64,000 nucleotides of DNA, taken from the NCBI GenBank assembly GCA_023425285.1, contig JAFACY010000283.1, positions 337 through 64,336 of the forward strand, given 5' to 3'. The translations under genes were made by a program, and so were the position numbers. The notes under the pieces are model-generated. The model worked only from the letters and a program-made list of their open reading frames with translations, was not told the origin of the DNA and made no database searches. Shown piece after piece: positions 38,739 through 48,453 of this stretch. The stretch's first letter is position 1. Every line of letters begins with the position of its first letter. Origin of the DNA: Bacillota bacterium. GTDB taxonomy: Bacteria > Bacillota > Clostridia > Tissierellales > Sedimentibacteraceae.

Positions 38739-39887
38739 ATGAAAAGAAAATTATCATTGTTATTATGCTTGTTGATGGTACTTGCAAGCTTCACCGCATG
38801 TGCTAAAAGCGAATCTGATGTAATAAAAATAGGAGTTTTTGAACCATTGACCGGTGAAAACGGAGGAGGAGGTTTACAGGAGCTCGATGGTATCAAGTAT
38901 GCAAATAAAATGTATCCCGAAGTATTGGGAAAGAAAATAGAACTTGTAATAGTTGACAACAAAAGCGACAAGGGTGAAGCTACTACAGCAGTAACAAGAT
39001 TGATTGAAAAAGACAAGGTTGTAGCAATTATCGGCTCATACGGCTCAGGCGTTTCCATAGCTGCGGGAGATATAATCAAAAATGCTAAGATACCTGCTAT
39101 GGGTGCTTCCTGTACAAACCCGATGGTAACCTTAGGAAATGAATATTATTTCCGTGCATGCTTCCTTGATCCTTTCCAGGGAAGAGTAATGGCAAACTAT
39201 GCATTGCAGCAGGGAGCTAAAACAGCGGCGGTTATCATGCAAAACGGAGATGACTATTCAGTTGGTCTCGGAAACTTCTTTATCGATGCTTTTAAAGAGC
39301 TCACAGGAGATCCGAACAGTATAGTTGATACTTCAGAATTCCAGGTAAATGATTCTGATTTCAGCGGCATACTTACAAATATTAAGGCAAAAAATCCTGA
39401 TGTAATATTTGCTCCGAGTTCGGCAACAACAGCTCCGCTTATCATCAGACAGGCAAGAGACCTTGGCATTAACAGCCTGATAATGGGTGGAGATACATGG
39501 GAAAATCCTGCGGTTATAGATGTAGCTAAAGAATTTGCAGAGGGCATAGTACTTTCCACATTCTTTGATGAAAATGACCCGGCAACAAACGAAGCAAAGG
39601 TGTTTGTTGAAGGCTATAAAAAAGAATTGGGTGATAAGGAGCCTATAATACCTGCAGTTGCAGCATTGGGATATGACGCTTACCTGTTGGTCAGAGATGC
39701 CATCGAACGTGCAGGCTCAACCGATGGAGTTAAAATTAAGGATGCATTAAACGCAACAAAGGACTTTGAAGGTGTTACTGGAGTTATTAACTTCACGGCA
39801 GAAGGTGACGCAGACAAAAACATCGCTGTTATTAAAACAGTACAGAATGGACAATTTGTTTATATAGACACAGTTGAAGTTAAATAG
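38739..39887 (+). CDS. livK: Branched-chain amino acid ABC transporter substrate-binding lipoprotein
   Basis: Lipobox FTAC; IKIGVFEPLTG; YFRACFLDPFQG; first gene of the liv operon. Confidence 0.88.
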   Translation: MKRKLSLLLCLLMVLASFTACAKSESDVIKIGVFEPLTGENGGGGLQELDGIKYANKMYPEVLGKKIELVIVDNKSDKGEATTAVTRLIEKDKVVAIIGSYGSGVSIAAGDIIKNAKIPAMGASCTNPMVTLGNEYYFRACFLDPFQGRVMANYALQQGAKTAAVIMQNGDDYSVGLGNFFIDAFKELTGDPNSIVDTSEFQVNDSDFSGILTNIKAKNPDVIFAPSSATTAPLIIRQARDLGINSLIMGGDTWENPAVIDVAKEFAEGIVLSTFFDENDPATNEAKVFVEGYKKELGDKEPIIPAVAALGYDAYLLVRDAIERAGSTDGVKIKDALNATKDFEGVTGVINFTAEGDADKNIAVIKTVQNGQFVYIDTVEVK

Positions 39888-39958
39888 TGTAATAATAGAC
39901 TTAAGGGGCGGACCGGTCGTTCGCCCTTTTACAATTCGGCTGTTATTGGAGGAATAAT

Positions 39959-40861
39959 ATGGTTTTAGTATCATTTGAAACTTTTATGCAGCAGCTTGCC
40001 AACGGAATTTCCATAGGCAGCCTGTATGCTCTCATCGCCATAGGCTATACCATGGTTTACGGAATACTGAGACTGATTAACTTTGCACACGGTGATATAT
40101 TTATGATGGCAGCTTATTTCATGATATTCAGCATGGTTAATTTTCGTCTGCCCTGGTATGTGTCAATAATAATTGTAATAGCTTTTACAGTACTGCTGGG
40201 TGTTCTCATTGAAAAAGCGGCATACAGACCGCTGAGAAACGCTCCCCGTATGTCAATCATGATATCGGCAATCGGAGTATCCTTTCTTTTGGAAAACTTA
40301 GCGACGTATTTATTTACGGGAGTTCCCAAGGGCTTCCCTGACATTGCCTTTCTGACAAAGGCAATAAAAATAGGCAATATATCTCTTACGGTGGCAACGT
40401 TACTGACACCGATAATAACGATTATTTTGCTGTATGTGGTATTATTTATAACTAATAAAACAAAAATAGGCATGGCAATGCGTGCCAGCTCAATAGATTT
40501 TGAAACCGCAAGGCTGATGGGTATAAACATAAACAGGGTTATTTCAACAACCTTTATTATAGGCTCGGGTCTCGCTGCCATAGGGGCGGTATTGTGGGGC
40601 TCCAAGTATCAATCGATTTATCCTCTGATGGGTGTAATGCCGGGGCTTAAATGCTTTATAGCCGCCGTACTGGGCGGTATAGGAAATACGACCGGTGCTG
40701 TACTGGGAGGATTTATACTTGGTATGGCGGAAATAATGCTGGTTACGTTCCTGCCGGCATTGACAGGCTACAGAGATGCGATCGCATTTGTTATATTAAT
40801 AGTGGTGTTGTTGGTTAAACCGACAGGGCTTCTTGGAGAGAAGGTGACAGATAAGGTATGA
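39959..40861 (+). CDS. livH: Branched-chain amino acid ABC permease
   Basis: GSLYALIAIGYTMVYGILRLINFAHG. Confidence 0.92.
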   Translation: MVLVSFETFMQQLANGISIGSLYALIAIGYTMVYGILRLINFAHGDIFMMAAYFMIFSMVNFRLPWYVSIIIVIAFTVLLGVLIEKAAYRPLRNAPRMSIMISAIGVSFLLENLATYLFTGVPKGFPDIAFLTKAIKIGNISLTVATLLTPIITIILLYVVLFITNKTKIGMAMRASSIDFETARLMGININRVISTTFIIGSGLAAIGAVLWGSKYQSIYPLMGVMPGLKCFIAAVLGGIGNTTGAVLGGFILGMAEIMLVTFLPALTGYRDAIAFVILIVVLLVKPTGLLGEKVTDKV

Positions 40862-41922
40862 TAAATCAAAGAAAAGAACACAACCTTAAAGCTTATGCAA
40901 TTTTGTTTATTATATTTGCCGTACTGCTTACACTGCTTGATTTTAAATTAATAGGTGATGAATATATAAGGCGTGTTTTAAATCTTGCGGCTATTTATAC
41001 CATCGTAAGCGTTTCAATGAATTTAGTAAACGGATTTACGGGACTTTTTTCATTAGGACAGGCGGGCTTTATGGCAATCGGAGCATATACCGTAGCAATA
41101 TTCACCGTGCCTCTTGAGTACAGAGCCGCTATATTTTACGTTGTTCCTCAAAATCCTGCGCTTGCTGGGATTCACATTCCTTTTCCTGTGGCACTGGTCT
41201 TAGGCGGTCTGTTAGCCGCATTGGTTGCAATACTCATCGGGATACCTGTGCTGCGTCTGAAAAGTGACTATCTGGCAATAGCAACATTGGGTTTTTCCGA
41301 AATTATAAGAATTGTTTTTACAAACGCCAAGACGATCACAAACGGCGCCCTCGGAATCAAAAACATACCCAGAATGCCGACTATGTGGGTCTTCTTCGGT
41401 ATAATGATTCTTTCTGTTGTATTTGTTGTATTTTTGATTAATTCAAGCTACGGAAGAGCATTTAAAGCAATCCGTGAAGATGTAGTTGCCGCGGAAGCAA
41501 TGGGTGTGAATCTGTTTAAACACAAGGTTATGTCCTTTGCCGTTGGTGCTTTCTTTGCAGGCATAGGCGGCGGCTTGTTTGCTTCACTTTTGGGAACTGT
41601 TGACCCCAGACAATTTTATTTCACCATGACATACAACTTCCTGCTGATGATAGTATTAGGCGGTATGGGAAGCATCTCCGGTACAGTCATAGCATCATTT
41701 ATAGTTACCATAGGATTGGAGGTACTGAGATTTTTTGATGATCCTCTTACTTTATTCGGAGTAAATATCCCTATATTCAGAGCAGGCTTCAGAATGGTTA
41801 TTTTCTCTGCGTTGTTAATGATACTGGTACTGTTCTTCAGAAACGGTCTCCTCGGACAAAAAGAGCTTTCCTGGGGCATGGTCAGGGATTGGTTCGGAAA
41901 GCTAAGGAGGTACAAGAAATGA
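40858..41922 (+). CDS. livM: Branched-chain amino acid ABC permease
   Basis: NLVNGFTGLFSLGQAGF, LRLKSDYLAIATLGFSEI. Confidence 0.92.
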   Translation: MINQRKEHNLKAYAILFIIFAVLLTLLDFKLIGDEYIRRVLNLAAIYTIVSVSMNLVNGFTGLFSLGQAGFMAIGAYTVAIFTVPLEYRAAIFYVVPQNPALAGIHIPFPVALVLGGLLAALVAILIGIPVLRLKSDYLAIATLGFSEIIRIVFTNAKTITNGALGIKNIPRMPTMWVFFGIMILSVVFVVFLINSSYGRAFKAIREDVVAAEAMGVNLFKHKVMSFAVGAFFAGIGGGLFASLLGTVDPRQFYFTMTYNFLLMIVLGGMGSISGTVIASFIVTIGLEVLRFFDDPLTLFGVNIPIFRAGFRMVIFSALLMILVLFFRNGLLGQKELSWGMVRDWFGKLRRYKK

Positions 41923-42689
41923 GTGTTTTAAAGGCAGATAATATTATTATGCAGTTTGGCGGCGTCACAGCCGTGAATAATCTTAATATAGAGGTTGAAG
42001 AGGGAAAAATAGTTGCTCTCATAGGTCCCAACGGTGCGGGAAAGACGACTGCATTCAATGTAATTACGGGAGTATATCAGCCCACTGGCGGAAATGTATA
42101 CTTTAACGGAGAAAAAATAACGGGTCTTTCTCCCGACAAAATAACCAAAAGAGGTATTGCAAGAACGTTTCAGAATATCCGTTTGTTCAAGAATTTAACC
42201 GTTCTGGACAATATATTGATTGCAAACCATCTTCATGTAAAGAGCAATTTCCTGTCATACACCACAAGGATGCCCTGGTCGAGACGTGAAGAAAATAACA
42301 TGAGAAAAAAATCTGAAATGCTTCTGGAAAAACTGGGTCTGTTAGGCTTAAAAAATGAACCGGCTAATTCTCTTCCCTACGGAGAGCAAAGAAAGCTTGA
42401 AATTGCCAGAGCACTGGCGACGGATGCAAGATTGCTGCTTTTGGATGAGCCCGCGGCAGGTATGAACCCAAGCGAGACTATGCAGTTGTCTAATTTCATT
42501 CATACCATACGGGATGAATTCGGACTGACTATTTTTATGATTGAACATCACATGGATCTGGTAATGGAAATATCCGATAAGATATACGTACTGGACTTCG
42601 GTCAGCTTATAGCTCAGGGAACGGCTGATGAAATCAAGAACAACAAGAGAGTTATCGAGGCTTATCTGGGGGTGGAAGAAGATGCTTGA
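41919..42689 (+). CDS. livG: Branched-chain amino acid ABC ATP-binding protein
   Basis: GPNGAGKTT, ARTFQNIRLF, LPYGEQRKLEIARAL; ATG 41919 after AAGGAGG. Confidence 0.92.
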   Translation: MSVLKADNIIMQFGGVTAVNNLNIEVEEGKIVALIGPNGAGKTTAFNVITGVYQPTGGNVYFNGEKITGLSPDKITKRGIARTFQNIRLFKNLTVLDNILIANHLHVKSNFLSYTTRMPWSRREENNMRKKSEMLLEKLGLLGLKNEPANSLPYGEQRKLEIARALATDARLLLLDEPAAGMNPSETMQLSNFIHTIRDEFGLTIFMIEHHMDLVMEISDKIYVLDFGQLIAQGTADEIKNNKRVIEAYLGVEEDA

Positions 42690-43389
42690 AATTAAAAATT
42701 TGCAGGTTAATTACGGCGGAATTTCTGCCGTTAAGGGCATTACTCTCAGTGTCCCCGAGAAATCAATCGTAACACTGATAGGCGCAAACGGAGCTGGAAA
42801 AAGCACCACGCTGAGAACCATTGCAGGACTTGTCAAGCCAAGCGCGGGAGAAATAACATTCTTAGGTGAAAACATCATAGGGATGGATACCATAAATATT
42901 GTTGCAAGAGGAATTACCCTGGTTCCCGAAGGAAGAAGAGTGTTTGCAAATTTAACCGTTCTTGAAAATTTAAAAATAGGTGCTTATCTGCAAAAAGACA
43001 ACATAGATGATGCTATATTGAGAGTTTACGATTTGTTCCCGAGACTGAAGGAGCGTTCATGGCAGCTGGCCGGCACGTTATCCGGAGGGGAGCAGCAGAT
43101 GCTTGCAGTAGGAAGAGCGCTGATGGCTAAGCCAAAGCTCATCATGATGGATGAGCCGTCATTGGGTCTCGCACCCCTGATAGTAAACAATATATTTGAT
43201 ATTATCAAGGAAATAAACAAATCAGGAACTACAATACTGTTAATTGAACAAAATGCAAATAAGGCACTGAAGGTTGCAGATTACGGATACGTTCTGGAAA
43301 CAGGCAACATAAAAATGGAGGGCAAGGGTATGGATCTTTTACAGGATGAAAGAGTGAAGGACGCATACCTGGGAACTACAAAAAAATAA
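42682..43389 (+). CDS. livF: Branched-chain amino acid ABC ATP-binding protein
   Basis: GANGAGKST, VPEGRRVF, LSGGEQQML, DEPSLGLAP. Confidence 0.92.
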   Translation: MLEIKNLQVNYGGISAVKGITLSVPEKSIVTLIGANGAGKSTTLRTIAGLVKPSAGEITFLGENIIGMDTINIVARGITLVPEGRRVFANLTVLENLKIGAYLQKDNIDDAILRVYDLFPRLKERSWQLAGTLSGGEQQMLAVGRALMAKPKLIMMDEPSLGLAPLIVNNIFDIIKEINKSGTTILLIEQNANKALKVADYGYVLETGNIKMEGKGMDLLQDERVKDAYLGTTKK

Positions 43390-43412
43390 AGCAGGAGAAA
43401 TCCTGCTTTTTT
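43388..43412. terminator. Bidirectional terminator
   Basis: AAAGCAGGA-GAAA-TCCTGCTTTT. Confidence 0.75.
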
Positions 43413-43827
43413 ACTTGTTCTTTTTCATACACTCTGAACAGATACCGGTGAGCTGGAGACTGTGACCTGTTACCTTGAAACCCGTCTTTTCACTTACTGC
43501 TTCACTTATATCTTTTATGGGACAGCTTTCTATGAGTGCTGAGCTATTGCACACTGAACAGGTTATGTAATGTTTATGTGACATTTTGTTCAGCTCATAG
43601 CTGGCGGTACCGTCACCCTTCAGAGTTTTTAACAACACATTTTTACCGGTGAGCAAATTAAGAGTTCTGTAAATCGTAGATAAATTAATCTGACTATTTT
43701 CAATTATCATAATTTTGAATATTTCTTCTGCCGTCAAAGGCTCATCTGATGACTCGATTATTTTTAAAACCGAGCTTCTCTGCTTAGTATTTTTTAATGA
43801 TGCTTTTTTCAAAATATTATCGACCAT
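43411..43827 (-). CDS. Fur-family metalloregulator (Zur-like)
   Basis: TKQR..LTAEEI..STIYRTL, HKHYITCSVC, GICSEC. Confidence 0.88.
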   Translation of the reverse strand: MVDNILKKASLKNTKQRSSVLKIIESSDEPLTAEEIFKIMIIENSQINLSTIYRTLNLLTGKNVLLKTLKGDGTASYELNKMSHKHYITCSVCNSSALIESCPIKDISEAVSEKTGFKVTGHSLQLTGICSECMKKNK

Positions 43828-43836
43828 ATCACACCT

Positions 43837-44670
43837 CTATGCAACAAGCTGAATAATGCTGCCTGCTATAACCGAAAAGATATATATGAACAGCATTATC
43901 TTTATATTTTCTTTTATGTTCTTTCTTGTTCTGAACAAAACTATCAGTCCCACACCTGCTCCCGTGCTCAAGCCTGCCACGGCAGCACCAAAGCTTATGC
44001 TGCCCGATAAATACAGCTGTGTAAGGATAATGGAAGACGCACAATTTGGTATAAAGCCCACCAATCCGGTAATAAACGGTTGTATCGCTGTATTTGACAT
44101 CAGTAGCATTGAAAGTCTTTCTTCTCCTACCGTGTCAATTGCCAATTCCATAATAAACATGGTAATGAGTATATATACATACGTCTTTGCAGTATGTTTC
44201 AATGCCGGCATTATCAGCCCATGATCACAATGGTGAGAATGGACTGTATTTAAATATTCCTTGGAGTATGATCCGTCATTATTAAAAAATCCCGAGAAAA
44301 CACGGTCAGCTATGAAGCCTGCTATTATTGCCAGTATTATTTTTATAAGCAGCAGCTTACCTACAGTCCCAAGACTTCCTGAATTAGCAAGCAGTACAGG
44401 TATTGCCTCATCCGAAGTTGAAATAAATACAGATATCAACGTACCTGTCGTAATGAGTCTGCTGTTGTATAAATTAGCGGCTGCAACGGAAAATCCGCAC
44501 TGAGGAAGACTCCCCAGGAGAGCTCCTCCCGCTACTCCATAGTTTTTTAAACCATTTAAAATTTCCCCGGATGACCTGTGGACTATATATTCTATAATTA
44601 AGTACGTTACAAATAAAAATGGTAATATTTTTAATGAATCTATTATTGAATGCTCTAATATATGCAGCAT
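43837..44670 (-). CDS. Putative metal-ion (Mn/Zn) permease
   Basis: LPQCGFS, STSDEAIP, HSHHCDH loop, GFIPNCASS; start ATG 44670 after AGGAGG. Confidence 0.75.
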   Translation of the reverse strand: MLHILEHSIIDSLKILPFLFVTYLIIEYIVHRSSGEILNGLKNYGVAGGALLGSLPQCGFSVAAANLYNSRLITTGTLISVFISTSDEAIPVLLANSGSLGTVGKLLLIKIILAIIAGFIADRVFSGFFNNDGSYSKEYLNTVHSHHCDHGLIMPALKHTAKTYVYILITMFIMELAIDTVGEERLSMLLMSNTAIQPFITGLVGFIPNCASSIILTQLYLSGSISFGAAVAGLSTGAGVGLIVLFRTRKNIKENIKIMLFIYIFSVIAGSIIQLVA

Positions 44671-44682
44671 ATATCCTCCTGT

Positions 44683-44697
44683 TGCAAATAATTTGCA
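44683..44697. promoter_or_regulatory. 7-1-7 palindrome TGCAAAT-A-ATTTGCA, Fur/Zur-type operator
   Basis: Perfect inverted repeat immediately upstream of the permease RBS in a permease-Fur-family operon. Confidence 0.65.
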
Positions 44698-44781
44698 CTT
44701 GCAATTATATGTCAATTAATATTATTTGTCAAGGATATATGACATACAAAAAGGTCGTATTTCTACGACCTTTTACTCTTA

Positions 44782-45057
44782 CTAATTAACTGCTTCTTTT
44801 AAGGATTTTCCTGCTTTGAATACAGGTGCTTTTGATGCTGGTATTTCTATTGTTTCGCCAGGATTTCTAGGATTTCTTCCTTGTCTTTCTTTTCTGTCTC
44901 TAACTTCAAAAGTTCCGAATCCAACTAATTGAACTTTGCCGCCTGCAACTAATTCATCTTTTATAGTTTCCATGAATCCGTTCAATGCTTTTTCAGCATC
45001 CTTTTTAGTAAAACCAGTTTTTTCTGCAACACTTGCTATTAATTCAGCTTTATTCAT
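44782..45057 (-). CDS. hup: DNA-binding protein HU
   Basis: MNKAELI..VQLVGFGTFEVR..GRNP..PVFKAGKSLKEAV. Confidence 0.97.
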   Translation of the reverse strand: MNKAELIASVAEKTGFTKKDAEKALNGFMETIKDELVAGGKVQLVGFGTFEVRDRKERQGRNPRNPGETIEIPASKAPVFKAGKSLKEAVN

Positions 45058-45093
45058 TATAACCCTCCTTAATTGATTCTTTTGTTTTTTTAT

Positions 45094-46536
45094 CTAAATT
45101 CCTAAATGGAACTTTGATTCTTCCCATAGCTCATCCATTTCTTTCAGAGTCATTTGTTTTAAATCTTTTTCAGCATGATTTTCAATATATTCAAATCTGT
45201 TTATAAATTTGTTGATCGTCCTGTTCAACGCCACGTCAGGATTTATATTTACAAAACGTGCAAGATTGACCAGAGCAAACAGCAAATCTCCGAACTCGCT
45301 CTCCATTTTATGTTCGTCATGATTTTTGTACTCATCAATGAATTCAAGAAGCTCTTCCTTTATTTTTTCGATTGCTCCCTCTGCATCAGGCCAATCGAAG
45401 CCTACATCCGCAGCTCTCTTCTGTATCTTGAAGCTTCTGCTCAGTGTGGATAACGATTTTGGTACATCCTTTAAATTGTCTGTATATGTGCTTAGCTTCT
45501 TTTGCTCAGCCTTTGAAGCTTCCCAGCTTTCGAGTGCCTCATCGGCATTATCAGCCTTTACGTCTCCAAATACATGAGGATGACGAAAGTACATTTTACT
45601 GCACAGATTGTTCAGAATGTCATTGAAGTTAAAATATCCGTCTTCGCTGCCAAGCTCCGCATGAAACACCACCTGAAACAGCAAATCACCAAGCTCTTCA
45701 ATTAAATTGTCCATGTCATCGTTATCAATTGCATCCACAACTTCGTATGCTTCTTCTATAACATGCTGTCTGATGGATTGATGAGTTTGCTTCATGTCCC
45801 ATGGGCAACCGTCGGGTCCCCTCAAAATCTTGACAATTCTTAACAGATTATCAATATTATACACTGTCTTTTTTGAAATATCAATAGGCATAATGCAAAA
45901 ATAGGTTGAAAATCCATATTTTTTTTCTTGATCAAGCATGTAGAGAGGTATATTTATAACTTTTTCATCCAATACATCTATATTTAATACATCAGTTGTA
46001 TCCGGATACGTCTCCATGAGCTTCAGCTTGATGGATGAAGCTATTTCCTCATCGTTAATCTGAGTTATGATATTCATGGAATTTACGTCAAAGGAATATT
46101 CATCCGCCTCCAGGCAGTCTATTATCTTTATGGATTTATAATCGGTGCAACCTGATAATTTTATGCACTTGTCAAGAAAGCTCATTCCATCAATTATTAT
46201 TATATTAATTTTGTCCTTATATTCATTTAATAGCTTTTTTGTTACAATATCCCCATAATAAGGACTTCCTGCTGTACAATAATTAATTTTTTTATGCTGT
46301 TTTGATTGTTCTATTATATTATCGGTTATTTTTTCATAAACTTCATCAAAAGTTTCAAATTTTTCAAAAAAATTATCAAAACTTTCAATTTTTATTTTTT
46401 TTCTCAGCTCATTTACGATAGGGTGCCTTTCCGTCCTTACAAATGTAGGTATGTTTTCATTCAACGCATTGTATGCCTTTATCGTAAGGTCGTCAATGCT
46501 GCCGGCACCCAGACCGATTATCTGTATTGTGTTCAT
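45094..46536 (-). CDS. mazG: Tetrapyrrole methylase-like / MazG nucleoside triphosphate pyrophosphohydrolase (YabN)
   Basis: IIGLGAG N-terminus; LRGPDGCPWD..EEAYE..EELGDLLFQ..RHPHVFG; GFDW. Confidence 0.92.
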   Translation of the reverse strand: MNTIQIIGLGAGSIDDLTIKAYNALNENIPTFVRTERHPIVNELRKKIKIESFDNFFEKFETFDEVYEKITDNIIEQSKQHKKINYCTAGSPYYGDIVTKKLLNEYKDKINIIIIDGMSFLDKCIKLSGCTDYKSIKIIDCLEADEYSFDVNSMNIITQINDEEIASSIKLKLMETYPDTTDVLNIDVLDEKVINIPLYMLDQEKKYGFSTYFCIMPIDISKKTVYNIDNLLRIVKILRGPDGCPWDMKQTHQSIRQHVIEEAYEVVDAIDNDDMDNLIEELGDLLFQVVFHAELGSEDGYFNFNDILNNLCSKMYFRHPHVFGDVKADNADEALESWEASKAEQKKLSTYTDNLKDVPKSLSTLSRSFKIQKRAADVGFDWPDAEGAIEKIKEELLEFIDEYKNHDEHKMESEFGDLLFALVNLARFVNINPDVALNRTINKFINRFEYIENHAEKDLKQMTLKEMDELWEESKFHLGI

Positions 46537-46537
46537 T

Positions 46538-48130
46538 TTATTTCCTCACAAATCTTTGCAGTTTTTCTCCCTTTGGTATCAGTTCCAAATCCTCTTTAGT
46601 AATGGCTCCCGTCAGGAACAGGCATATAACGTATACTATACCTGCCACTGCTATCGCACTCAATGTGGCTAAGTTACGGCTTGTAAACATGGATTCAAAT
46701 ACCCTGAAGGATACAGCCGTTGCTGCTGACATTACTGCTGTTGACAATAATGGCCTTGCAGTTATCTGTACAAAGTTAATTCTTACTTTAGTATTGTTTA
46801 TATCAAACCAGTTCAGTACGGCAACGGCAAGATAAGCTATCATGGTGCTTATTGCTGCACCTTTGATGTTGATTGAAGGGATTCCAATCAATATATACGA
46901 TAAAATTACTTTTATAACTAAGCCGATGGCTAAATTTTTAACCGGATGAAACTGTTTGTCTATGGATTGAAGTATTGCTGTAAATGCCTGAACAACAGTG
47001 AGGAAAATAACGCTTATAGCTAATATTTCTAAAAGTGCTCCTGAACTGGCATGTGTTTCGGGTCCCAACGAAGGATACAGCAGAGCGATAATCGGTTCTG
47101 CCAGTAAAAGCAAACCCATTCCACAGGGAAGCCCTATTATCAATGACATTTTTACACCTGCATTTGCGGTTACATTAAGCTTGTTTGTCTGTTTTTTGGT
47201 AAACGCCTCCGTAATTGCGGGGACCATGCTCATGGCAACAGCGGTTGAAAAAACCTGAGGGAAATTAATCAGAGTTTGTGCAGTTCCGCTAAGCTCACCA
47301 AACATATCAGTATATTGTTTAACCGTGTAGCCTAGAGCCGCAAGGCGGTTTGAAACTATGAACGAGTCCATGTTGCCCATGAGAGGTGCAATTGAAGCAC
47401 CTATGGTAATGGGAACAGCTATGTACAGAAGCTTTTTTACTATATCACTGACAGGCTCTGTCTTGTTATTTTTTGAAATCTTGATTTCTTCCTTAATATT
47501 TTTCCTGCTTAAGAAAAATATAATGTAAATAAGTATGAGAGCTGCAACTCCTCCTGCTGATGCTCCGAAGGTAGCACCTGCGGCCGCCTCCTCGAGACCT
47601 CTGCCAACAAACGCATATGCCAGATACAACCCAACAGCCACTCTGAACAGCTGCTCAATTATCTGTGAAATCGCTATGGGAGTCATGTTCTGCATACCCT
47701 GGAAAAATCCTCTGAAGGCAGATAATAAAGGAACCGCAAACAGTGCGGGAACCAATGCAAGCATTGAATAATAAGAGCCCGGATAGCCTATAAAGCTCAC
47801 TATGCTTCTTGCGAAAATCAATATAAGCAGGGATGAAACCAGACCTATGAGAAACAATCCCCAAAGAGATACTTTGTATACCTGGTATGCTCCCTCATAA
47901 TTCTGAAGAGCTCTTTTTTCCGACACTATTTTTGCTATTGCCGTAGGAAATCCCGACAAAGACACAACTAACAATAAATTATATATATTATAGGCAGGTT
48001 GATAATAACCTATTCCTTCTGTTCCGATTAAATTTGTTAACGGTATTCTGTATATTGCTCCCAATATCTTTACAAATAATCCGGCTATACCTAATATCGC
48101 AGCACCCTTAATAAAATTTTCCTTAGACAT
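46538..48130 (-). CDS. MOP-superfamily flippase / polysaccharide biosynthesis protein (YabM/SpoVB-like)
   Basis: FIKGAAIL..KILGAIYRIPL, RGFFQG, SQIIEQ; synteny with yabN and hup. Confidence 0.88.
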   Translation of the reverse strand: MSKENFIKGAAILGIAGLFVKILGAIYRIPLTNLIGTEGIGYYQPAYNIYNLLLVVSLSGFPTAIAKIVSEKRALQNYEGAYQVYKVSLWGLFLIGLVSSLLILIFARSIVSFIGYPGSYYSMLALVPALFAVPLLSAFRGFFQGMQNMTPIAISQIIEQLFRVAVGLYLAYAFVGRGLEEAAAGATFGASAGGVAALILIYIIFFLSRKNIKEEIKISKNNKTEPVSDIVKKLLYIAVPITIGASIAPLMGNMDSFIVSNRLAALGYTVKQYTDMFGELSGTAQTLINFPQVFSTAVAMSMVPAITEAFTKKQTNKLNVTANAGVKMSLIIGLPCGMGLLLLAEPIIALLYPSLGPETHASSGALLEILAISVIFLTVVQAFTAILQSIDKQFHPVKNLAIGLVIKVILSYILIGIPSINIKGAAISTMIAYLAVAVLNWFDINNTKVRINFVQITARPLLSTAVMSAATAVSFRVFESMFTSRNLATLSAIAVAGIVYVICLFLTGAITKEDLELIPKGEKLQRFVRK

Positions 48131-48199
48131 GATAAATCCTTTCTTATCTACTGATATTATTTTTTTATATATTAACACATTAATGTTTGTTTTTCCTTA

Positions 48200-48305
48200 G
48201 CAGAAAAATGCATCAAATTTATTTGCTCACTATCGTTCGCACAAATTTGGCATTTTATGCATTAGACCTACCGCCATTTTTCAGAAAAGACACTCTGAAA
48301 AATGG
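48200..48305. repeat. REP-like imperfect palindromes in a divergent intergenic region
   Basis: AAAATGC..CAAATTT..GCTCACTATCGTTCGC..AAATTTG..GCATTTT, and CCATTTTTCAGA/TCTGAAAAATGG stem. Confidence 0.4.
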
Positions 48306-48453
48306 GGTTAGGGCTTAAATTTTTAACCAATTGACCTTAGTATATTATCACAGTTTTTTAATTAATAAAAGAAAAATTTGTAATCTGATATTATTTTATC
48401 GCATTACTTTTATTTTATGGTATAATTTTGCTATGTCAGACTAAGGAGATCAT

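Noticed and set aside
24488..46536. mazF-mazG functional linkage
   Set aside because: The MazG protein is the chromosomal YabN in its usual yabM-yabN-hup context, 20 kb away and outside the element
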